Source of the DNA: Novipirellula sp.
GTDB taxonomy: Bacteria > Planctomycetota > Planctomycetia > Pirellulales > Pirellulaceae
DNA length: 64,000 nucleotides
Assembly (NCBI RefSeq): GCF_041583735.1
Contig: NZ_JBFHFD010000001.1
Span: 9,880-73,879 of the forward strand
Direction of reading: 5' to 3'
A program made the translations under genes and the position numbers. A model generated the notes under the pieces. The model was given only the letters and a program-made list of their open reading frames with translations. It was not told where the DNA came from and ran no database searches. The first letter of the stretch is position 1, and the number at the start of each line of letters is the position of its first letter. Positions 55,806-64,000 of the stretch are shown piece by piece.

Positions 55806-56468
55806 CTGCCACAGCCCACTTAATTTGATTGTCGTCGCACCCGCGTCCGACCAACTTGGCGAGTTGGTGCTGCAAGCATCGTTTGTGCCTGATGTTTTGA
55901 GCGATTTCCCATTTGGAGGGTGGGAGATCAAAGGGTAGCATGGCTGGGGGACTCGAATCGTTCCAGAACCAAAGAAGATACGAGAGGATTCCGACAATGG
56001 GAAAACGTTCCCCATGGTCTCCGATGGTATTGAGGTCGTGGCTGTGGTGGTGGAAATCGCGATCACAAGAAGTCTAGAACAACCGGACGGCGGTCACTTG
56101 ACGTGGCAGTGGCGGCGAGCTTCGGCTGACGAGCAACCACCCTTCGTAAAGTGGCTTGTCCAGTCGACGGAATCGTACGGCCGCTTATGAAGGTGTCTGA
56201 GTAAAGTAGCCAGATCGGTCACGGGCGAAACTACCAACGCCAAGAACCGCAAAGCCGCGACATTCGGCACTCTTTCCGAACTGGCGTGGCTGCCTGAGTT
56301 CGCAGATTGAAAATAGAACACTCAGAGCTGTTCGAACCCTAGATACTCGGTTTCGAAGACTGATTGGTTGCGCCTAATCCAAACTTCCTCTGAAGATTGA
56401 ATTCGTTATGGTTGAGGACACCACTAACCTGAATTCAACTTTGAAAGTGAATTCCGTAAAGTGTTGCA

Positions 56469-56481
56469 AATCAACGAGTTA
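56469..56481 (+). promoter_or_regulatory. IHF consensus site in an imperfect inverted repeat, possible element end
   Basis: AATCAACGAGTTA matches WATCAANNNNTTR. Confidence 0.4.
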
Positions 56482-56672
56482 AGAAAGTGCCTTCCGGTAC
56501 GCTTTCGATGGGGAGCCGTTGTTTCCATCCTCCAGCGTTGGTTTGAGCCCATTTCTGGCTCACAGGCGAAGAACTCGATCCCCGCCTTTGCGGCGGTTTG
56601 GACATGGAAAAACCCGGTCCAGCAGGGTGCTGAACCGAGCGGGGTCTGCGGAGTTTTTATCGGCGGTGCTGC

Positions 56673-57245
56673 CTATGCGGCGTCGGAATCAGCCGGGCGG
56701 GCTTTGCCGTTTGCCGATCCTCCAGACTTCGCGTTACCCCGCCGCGACCTAAAATCAATCGTCGCATCCCCATTGTCTTCGGCGTACCTGTCCAACGCCA
56801 ACTTCAGGCCGCGGGCACTGTAGTCGAGTTCGTTCGCGACATCTGTTAGCAAAGCACCGCCATCGAGCATCGACATCGCACGCCTGAGCTTTTGATTGCG
56901 ACGATCGGCTGCCGTCGGTACCGGAAGATCCCGTTTCTCGTGCCACGATTTGATGGCCTTGGCGACGTTGGTGTCAGAAGTCTTGGTCTGCCTCGCGATC
57001 TCCAGATTAGAAAGTCCAGCCTCCATCAACTCCTGCACCTGATTGGCGATCTGTTTGTAGAGCGGCGTCCGTTGCTGCTTGTTCTTGAGCGATTTACGAC
57101 GCTTCTTGTTATTTGGCCGGGGCAACCCACGCTGGTCGTGCCAGTGCTGGATCAGTTTGGTGACGTACGGAGGGATACATCCCATCTGCTCGGCAATCTC
57201 AACGTGAAGCAAGCCATCGTCCCAAAGTCGTTTCGCTGTTTCGGA
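56673..57245 (-). pseudogene. C-terminal fragment with three tandem HTH-like units, probably a recombinase remnant
   Basis: DGLLHVEIAEQMG, AGLSNLEIARQTK, GGALLTDVANELD; the upstream part of the ORF looks unrelated. Confidence 0.55.
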
Positions 57246-57574
57246 TTTCGATGCAGTTGGAAGGTTTTTACTTCCAGGTTGTTTTACCTCCGAACGCCTT
57301 TGGTTATTGTCGACTTTCCAGCAACTTGTCCTCTCGCGCGGCTTGCCGACAACTTTGTTGCGACATTCAATACGATGCCGACAAAATCGTTCACATCCAG
57401 TACAACGACCCAGGAAAAGGCAACCCTCTTCATTCCATTGGCACTGGGCTCCACTCATGGCCTCGAAAGACAAATCAATGCCACCGACAAGGGCTTCTAT
57501 GGCAAATTTGGGTTGTTGCCACCGAAGTGAGACCGGACTGGAACTGATATTTAGTGCCAAGTCTATTGATTGTG

Positions 57575-57880
57575 TCAGTTTTCCAGAAGTTTGATGGCTT
57601 CGCTTACTACAGTTGAGTCAGATTCGCTTGCCTCACGCAGCAGCGCAATTGCTAGTTTCTTCGCCGCCTGTGGCGAAAATTCAAGAGTGCCGTAATTTTC
57701 GACCTTTAAACCTGCTCCCTTGACTTCAGGAACTCCCAGGACATGGAGCTGGATTCGGACTTCGTTTTTGCGGCTTAGTGTTTCCGTGTACCTACCCACC
57801 TTCTCAACACTGAATTGCGTTCCTGTGCGAGGACCTCCTTTTTCGCCCCATCTAAATCTACAAGTTTCTATCCTGTGCAT
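57575..57880 (-). CDS. Hypothetical protein (101 aa)
   Basis: ATG-start ORF with globular composition in an AT-richer patch. Confidence 0.5.
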   Translation of the reverse strand: MHRIETCRFRWGEKGGPRTGTQFSVEKVGRYTETLSRKNEVRIQLHVLGVPEVKGAGLKVENYGTLEFSPQAAKKLAIALLREASESDSTVVSEAIKLLEN

Positions 57881-58071
57881 TCTTTATTCCTGAATTTTCA
57901 TGTACCGCTGATCTATTCCCAACCACGATTTGGTTGCAAGTTCTGTGAGCTGAGTTTTACGCAACTTTCCCCGCTCTTCTATCGACAGCTTTCGCCAGTC
58001 CCATGACGCCGCACAACAGCGATCAGCCCATAGGCCACGATTGGTTCGATGTGAGGCGTCGTAATTGAGGC

Positions 58072-58392
58072 TCAGCCGCTCATAGCCCAGGTGATGGTCG
58101 ATAGAATCACCACAGCGAGTATTAAACTAACCGCAAAGATGACGCTCCAAACCAAGGCGTTCCTCAGTCTCGGTCGCGCCGTTAGTTCTTCCGTAGGTCT
58201 CAACTGCACGGACTCTGATATGTCCCGACTCACTTCATCTTCTGGGTAGAAGTGAATGACCTTCTCGTCTGCCTTCGGTTCACTAGGATTATCACTCAGT
58301 AAAAATGCTCTACGATCGTCCAGTTTGCGGTACCTGCTACCTTCATAACTAAACTCTTCGCCGACATCGACGTGAATAAATTCGTCATTCAT
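58072..58392 (-). CDS. Hypothetical protein with a C-terminal transmembrane helix
   Basis: ATG start; hydrophobic ALVWSVIFAVSLILAVVILSTITW. Confidence 0.6.
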   Translation of the reverse strand: MNDEFIHVDVGEEFSYEGSRYRKLDDRRAFLLSDNPSEPKADEKVIHFYPEDEVSRDISESVQLRPTEELTARPRLRNALVWSVIFAVSLILAVVILSTITWAMSG

Positions 58393-58545
58393 GCCAAAAC
58401 ACTAATCCGTTAGCGAGGTGTGGGTGGACTGAGACTACCATCTACGTAAACGCTGTACCAAAAATGCTTGATGTGACATTTCTGGTCGATGATCAAGCAA
58501 GTTGATCAGATGCCCATCGTCGAACAGCGTCCCGCCGCTTCTTTC

Positions 58546-58689
58546 TTAGTCGCGACGTTCGGTCACTGCCAGGCTCTCTTCCAGTAGTCTCTCGTCGTCG
58601 GGAACTGTCCACGCGTAGTACGCTTTTCGCAGAGCTAAAACTAAGCGTTCTTGCTTAGCGTCCGGTGCCTCGTCTTTTGGATCGTCCAT
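58546..58689 (-). CDS. Possible 47-aa small protein
   Basis: MDDPKDEAPDAKQERLVLALRKAYYAW...; below the ORF-track cutoff. Confidence 0.3.
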   Translation of the reverse strand: MDDPKDEAPDAKQERLVLALRKAYYAWTVPDDERLLEESLAVTERRD

Positions 58690-59786
58690 TACATATCCGA
58701 CTTGTCATTTCCTGCCTCAATGCAGGAAGTGTATCACTCGACGACAAGCAATTGAACCCAAGAGACAACGAAAAGACACACGAGTACCGAGGATCCCCCC
58801 AGGACGACGCCATACAGAAATAGCACTCTTCGGTCGATTAATCTCGCCAAGCGTCTCAAATCTCACGACAGACAGCACACGTGGCCTCTATACACTACCG
58901 ACGGCCCTCTGCATTCGCTACACGCGGTACAGACTGGCTCGGGACACTGCACGCTCTTGCTGATGACACCCATGATTGCTCTCGTTAGGTGGATGAAACA
59001 CCGAAGGCTCTCTTTCTTCGGCAGCAATCATTTTCATGAACGGGAGTCGCGACTGCAAACGACGACGTTGGCAGACTTGGGCCTCGTCGCTAAACTGAAA
59101 CAGGCCTGTTCAGGGGCATTATCACTGAGACCCGAGACAGACCAATAACACACCGGCGATCACTATTGATCGCCCACCAATACAGTCGCAGTTGATGCGG
59201 CGATGGCGGATTGCACCGCTCAAAGCGAGAAAAGCTGTGGACATCGAGAGCTGCGTAGCACTCGCTTCTGCCTTTTTTTCGACGGACCAATCGCGGGACC
59301 AGTGGAAACTGAGGTTGATGTAAGAAAGACGATCACCTTCGGCCAATAATGCCTGCTCGGTGGCTTGGTTTCCGAGACCCGAGATTAGCCGAACACCGCC
59401 ACCATCCGCCGCAAGTTACTGTCTTCTACGACTATCGGTCCCACCTCATCCCACATCCAAGATCGATTCACCTGGGCTGTGCTGTTCGATCGCCTCTTTG
59501 ACGGCCGAATCGTAATTCATGCCGCGCCGCTGCTCTGCGTACTCGATCCAATCAACCATCTTTTCGCCTGTTTCTAAAATACCCACGGACCTCAGCGTGT
59601 AGCTCTGGCTCCTCACTAGACCACTCAAGGATCCCATCGCTGTTTGATTGAACATCACGCGCAAATTCAAAGTTGTGACGTGTAAGGATGTCAGCTCGGG
59701 TTTTGTGCTGGCGATGTCCCGGCGATCCATACCAGATGTGATACACCGCGCCTTCGATGTACGCGCATCGATTCTGATGCCGCCGT

Positions 59787-60557
59787 ATGAACTCGCAGTC
59801 AATCGTCGATCCTCAGGTTTTCGCCAACGTCGGACAGTCGCTTCGGAAAAACGGTCGCACCGGCATGCTACGAGCGGCGACAAACTTCGACGGGATGCTG
59901 CGAGGAATACTCCGGTGCGCGGCCTGCAACCTAGCCATGCGGCACACGTCCACTGGTCGAGGAACGAAACGATATCGCTATTACGTTTGCGGCAAAGCCG
60001 AAAAGCAAGGCTACGACTCGTGCCCATCGCCGTCGATCCCTGCCAAGCAGATCGAAAGTTTCGTGGTCGAAGAGCTTCGTGTTTTCACTGGCGATGATGA
60101 ACTCATCCGAGACATCTACGAACGCTGTCACGAGCAGAACCGTGACGACATAGAATCACAGTGCCGTGAGGCAGACTCGATCGCCAAATTCTTGAAAGAC
60201 GATCACGCTGAGATCACGCACCTTGTTGCAACGGCCGCCGGCCCCGATCTGATCGAAGCGACGCAAGGACGCATCGACAAAAACGAAGCTCGATTGGAGG
60301 AACTGCGTGAAACGATCGACAACCATCGGCCGATCCGCGTCAGTCACGCATCGATTCGGAAAACGCTGAGTGAACTCGACAAGGCTTGGGACGCCATCCC
60401 GCCGAGAGAACGCTGCCGACTGATGGAACTATTGATCGAGCGGATCGACTACGACGGTGTCGCCGGCACGATTGAAATTACTTTTTACCCAGCCGGCTTG
60501 AGTTCACTCGGCCAAGACACAAACTTCGCACGCCACATCTCTGAGATAGTCCAATGA
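59787..60557 (+). pseudogene. Large serine recombinase, C-terminal half only (zinc ribbon plus coiled coil)
   Basis: IVDPQVF, LRGILRCAAC, YRYYVC...C, ERCRLMELLIERIDY; no N-terminal catalytic domain. Confidence 0.8.
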
Positions 60558-61003
60558 CCGATGCATCAAACGATTCACGCGTAACCCCGCTGCGTACGCG
60601 GCCCATCCGGCGAAACTTTCACGTCGCCCGAACAGATCGCGGGTCTCGCGAGTTTCGCCGCGGAGTGGCCCCACCGCAGCCCACACCGGGGCGTCTGCCA
60701 CGGCTATCCCGCTTGATGGCCCTTGCGGTCCACTTCGACCGCATCCTCGCTACCGGTCGATTTCAATCGCAAGGTGATCTGGCCCGAGCCGGCCGCATCA
60801 CCCGCGCTCGTTTGACCCAAATTCTCAACCTCACCAGCCTTGCTCCCGACCTTCAAGAGAAAGTCATCTTCCTGAGGCCCTACACCGACGGCCGAGCCCC
60901 GCTCACAGAGCGACAAATTCGCCCGATCGCCGCCGAGCCGAACTGGGACAAACAACGCCGTCTCTTCTCTAAACTGGCCGATTCTGCCTGCTGTCCCGGC
61001 TAG
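60554..61003 (+). CDS. Recombinase-associated HTH-like protein
   Basis: Overlaps the recombinase stop region; PRLSRLMALA..., DLARAGRITRARLTQILNL..LAPDLQE. Confidence 0.7.
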   Translation: MTDASNDSRVTPLRTRPIRRNFHVARTDRGSREFRRGVAPPQPTPGRLPRLSRLMALAVHFDRILATGRFQSQGDLARAGRITRARLTQILNLTSLAPDLQEKVIFLRPYTDGRAPLTERQIRPIAAEPNWDKQRRLFSKLADSACCPG

Positions 61004-61237
61004 CAACAGCCTGAGGGTCCGATAATGTCGTGAAGAACTGTCGGTTCGATTGAATCTGACCGCCGATAGGCTCCGTTTTTTTAACGCTGAAATTTTGCCC
61101 TCTATCACATTCCCTGATGTTGCACGAGGTGGCAGAAATTCACTCCGCCACATTAACAACAGCAAAGGTTGCCGGATCACTCTCGATCCGGCAACCTTAA
61201 TACTCAAAACAACTGCGACCGATCGGAAGCGAATAGC

Positions 61238-61522
61238 TTAGCTTCTCGTGCGATCGGATCCCGCGATTTTGACAATCTTGTTGTAGATTCCAAGCGCGAG
61301 GAAGGTTGGTGCCCATTGTCCCACAAACAAACTTTCGTTTTTTCGATCCATGGACTGCAAAAGTAGCGATCCGCCTATGGAAGCAAATGCTGCCCACAGG
61401 AAAACGTCTGACGGTAATTTAGCAGTCTGATGCTCAATGCTACGGGCAAGCGTTCCTTCGGAATGCTGATAGGCTTCGGTACCCTGGGACTTATACCCCA
61501 TTCGTGTTGCGTCTGCGGACAT
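61238..61522 (-). CDS. Small membrane-associated hypothetical protein
   Basis: EGTLARSIEHQTAKLPSDVFLWAA...FVGQWAPTFL.LGIYNKIVK; sigma54-type promoter upstream. Confidence 0.75.
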   Translation of the reverse strand: MSADATRMGYKSQGTEAYQHSEGTLARSIEHQTAKLPSDVFLWAAFASIGGSLLLQSMDRKNESLFVGQWAPTFLALGIYNKIVKIAGSDRTRS

Positions 61523-61597
61523 TATTTGCTCTCTGTATTTAGATCAAGGTTACGCGGCATCGCCATCCGATGCCGATTTAAGATAGATCCATGAACC

Positions 61598-61612
61598 GCA
61601 AACAACGTACCA
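61598..61612 (-). promoter_or_regulatory. sigma54-type -24/-12 promoter
   Basis: Minus strand TGGTACGTTGTTTGC. Confidence 0.55.
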
Positions 61613-61872
61613 ACGCCGCACCAAAAACGATGGACCTATACAACCCAGAGATCATTGCGATGGCACCCGCGGAATGACCTGGAGATTGTGAAAAAGCAAT
61701 CAAAGCCGCTGCACCGATTACCCTTCAAAACCAATGGAACGCAAGGAAATTAGGAACTGGTGTAGATAATCATCGATGACTCGACCTGAGGTGTGGAATG
61801 GGGCCACTTTTTAATTTAAAGATAGCTGACGATTCTTCACTCGCCCGTCTCTTCAGTGCCGCGGAAAAACAC

Positions 61873-62046
61873 CTACTTGGCTAAGATGATGTACAATGCA
61901 TGCAAAATTCCGGGAATAAATCCAAACAGTGTGAGCACTATGTTGAGCCAGAAGTGAAGTCCCAGTCCAACTTCAAGAAATACACCGACTGGCGGTAGAA
62001 AGATCGCGAGGATGATCTTAATTGGATCGCTTAGTTCGATGGCCAT
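61873..62046 (-). CDS. YqaE/Pmp3 family small membrane protein
   Basis: IILAIFLPPVGV...FWLNIVLTLFGFIPGILHALY; RBS GGAG. Confidence 0.9.
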   Translation of the reverse strand: MAIELSDPIKIILAIFLPPVGVFLEVGLGLHFWLNIVLTLFGFIPGILHALYIILAK

Positions 62047-62289
62047 CCTATTCTCCAGGTTGTTCAAACCATTAATAGACTATTCACGTTTCCGACAAAG
62101 CCCAGGACTTCCAATTGTCGATGCTCCAGTTGGTCATCATCGCAGTTTGTCCTCACAATGTGGAATCGACTGAGTATGATCTTCGTTATTACCTCGAGGC
62201 GAGCTTCCGCACCAAGATCGAGTAGCTCGTGTGAAGTGTATGACGCGTGCAAGCAATGAGAGCCTAAGATCGACCCATTGCAAAGCCTC

Positions 62290-63783
62290 TCAAACTGGAA
62301 CCCAAACCGATACGGAGCGTTCGCAACATCGAAACTCTGCCCAGCCTTCGTTGTCCGCTGTTACGATTTCGTCCTGATGCTCCGTAAGATCGCGGAACGT
62401 TGCGTTGGGCATCTGCAACTGCATCCGTTTGCTCCCGCGGCCTGCGTTGCTCATTACTACCGCGAGTCCTTGTCTACCGTCGCCTGTTGACCGAGTCCAT
62501 CCGATCATGTTTGGATTGTCAAAATAGTCGTACTGATCGCCGTAAGCGAACTCTTGACGGGCAGCAAGAAACTTATCGATTAACCAACGGTGGCTCGCCA
62601 TTTCAATCGTGTACTCGTTGCCATCGCGGCCTTTGTCGGTGTACTTGGTTCCGTAGTAGTCCGCGTAGAACAAACACGGGTAGCCGTCGCGGCGAAGCAA
62701 AATTAACGCATATGCAAGCGGTTTGAACCAAGCCTCGACAACTGATTCCAGCGCCTGCAGCGGTTGCGTGTCGTGATTGGATACAATCGTCACCGCTAGT
62801 TCCGGCACTTGGCTGACCAAGCTACCATCGAAAACTTGCCGCATGTCAAAGTCCGGCGATGTCTTGCTGATTCGTGAGAACGTTGCGTGCAGCGGAGCGT
62901 CGAACAATGTCACCGCCCCGCCGGTAATATTTAAGAAATATTTTAAGGCGTCCAAGTGGTAAGACCAGTACTCACCGACGGCGAACACGTCGCGTCCAGC
63001 CTCCGAACGAACATGTTGTAGCCACTGAGGGAAGAAGCCCGCTTCAATATGCTTAACTGCATCGAACCGAACGCCATCCAGCCCGACTTCTTTTAAGTAC
63101 CAAGTGCCCCAGCGTTTTAATTCCTCTTGTACTTCTGGATGCTTTACATCGACGTCGCAACCCATCAAGTAGTCGAAACAACCTTTCTCAATGTCGACGG
63201 CAGAGTCAAATGACTTACCCTCAATTAAAAAGACTGCCTTGTACTCTGGATCGTTGATATCGTAGTCAACGGCCGTAAAATGATCCTTCGTCCAAACCAT
63301 CGGCGAGTACTTGCCGCCGCGACCAGGGAATGTAAACCTCGTAAACGACCGAACTTCACGTTTTTCGCCGATCACTTCGTGGCGGTTATCGTCGTTGACC
63401 GGTGTCGCTTGGAACGTTTCCTCTTCATCGCCCCCAATACGATGGTTGAACACGACGTCGGCGTAAACTTGAACGCCGACTTCTCGGCAGCGACTAACGG
63501 CGGCAAGCAGTTGTTCCTTCGTGCCGTATTTCGTTCGCACCGAACCCTTTTGGTCAAATTCGCCCAGATCGAACATGTCGTAAACGGCATAACCGACATC
63601 GCTTGACCCTTGATTACCTTTATATGTCGGTGGAAGCCAAACGGCTGTCACACCTAGTTCTGCGAGCGACGCGATTTCAACCTTAAGCTCTTCCCACAGC
63701 ATGCCATCGGGTTTGATGTACCAATGAAAGAACTGAAACATAACTCCGTTCACGCCGATAGCTTCGGTAGGTGAGTTTTCCAA
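62290..63783 (-). CDS. Cytoplasmic alpha-amylase (GH13, AmyA-like)
   Basis: QFFHWY, DVVFNH, GVRFDAVKH, VGEYW, VSNHDTQ; no signal peptide. Confidence 0.93.
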   Translation of the reverse strand: MENSPTEAIGVNGVMFQFFHWYIKPDGMLWEELKVEIASLAELGVTAVWLPPTYKGNQGSSDVGYAVYDMFDLGEFDQKGSVRTKYGTKEQLLAAVSRCREVGVQVYADVVFNHRIGGDEEETFQATPVNDDNRHEVIGEKREVRSFTRFTFPGRGGKYSPMVWTKDHFTAVDYDINDPEYKAVFLIEGKSFDSAVDIEKGCFDYLMGCDVDVKHPEVQEELKRWGTWYLKEVGLDGVRFDAVKHIEAGFFPQWLQHVRSEAGRDVFAVGEYWSYHLDALKYFLNITGGAVTLFDAPLHATFSRISKTSPDFDMRQVFDGSLVSQVPELAVTIVSNHDTQPLQALESVVEAWFKPLAYALILLRRDGYPCLFYADYYGTKYTDKGRDGNEYTIEMASHRWLIDKFLAARQEFAYGDQYDYFDNPNMIGWTRSTGDGRQGLAVVMSNAGRGSKRMQLQMPNATFRDLTEHQDEIVTADNEGWAEFRCCERSVSVWVPV

Positions 63784-64000
63784 AGTGGCTGGGTTCCGGC
63801 ATCAGATGAATTTCACCGACAATTTGGACGACGTCCATTGCTAAAGTTGTCGAAGGAAGACATACCAAATAGCAATTTGTGGACCGCGTTTGATGCATAC
63901 AATAATAATGGCCCTTGACCATTTCAACGATCGACGGCTAGTGAGAACATTTCGTGATATCTGCATCACCAGGAGAGACGACGGGTCGCATGGCAAAACG

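Noticed and set aside
55941-55959. TGGCTGGGGGACTCGAATC resembling an antisense tRNA-Gln end
   Set aside because: Too short, and the spacing does not fit a T-arm
59200-59770. Possible methyltransferase remnant (SILDVG*GG)
   Set aside because: One motif among several stops is not enough to call

Overview
The gene content and protein style point to a Planctomycete of the Pirellulaceae type (inferred). Bases 1-15.2 kb are core chromosome: a DUF11/OmcB-like protein, a sulfatase, rnd, methanofuran/methanopterin biosynthesis genes, a cysteine-less TlpA-like lipoprotein, an RluA-family synthase, futalosine-pathway mqnA and mqnC, BoxC/REP-like repeats and polX. At 15076-15158 is an atypical tRNA-Ser(GGA) that can fold with an 8/4 acceptor/T-stem. 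It is followed by three 12-bp arm-type repeats and a divergent tyrosine integrase. The rest of the window looks like a mosaic, partly decayed genomic island. Its cargo includes an oxidoreductase operon with a sigma54-type promoter, a HEPN-motif ORF ending in an attC-like hairpin, a pectate lyase module, and a sugar transporter/GH32 module bracketed by 68-bp direct repeats that begin with a tRNA-Pro-like 3' end. Further right are a CheB-CheR hybrid kinase, a MarR/WrbA/Gfo unit, a PVC-type heme protein, a 1833-aa xylanolytic enzyme with five catalytic domains, recombinase remnants, small stress genes and an alpha-amylase. A candidate structured sRNA lies at about 9680-9785. All calls come from reading motifs by eye; no database searches were run.
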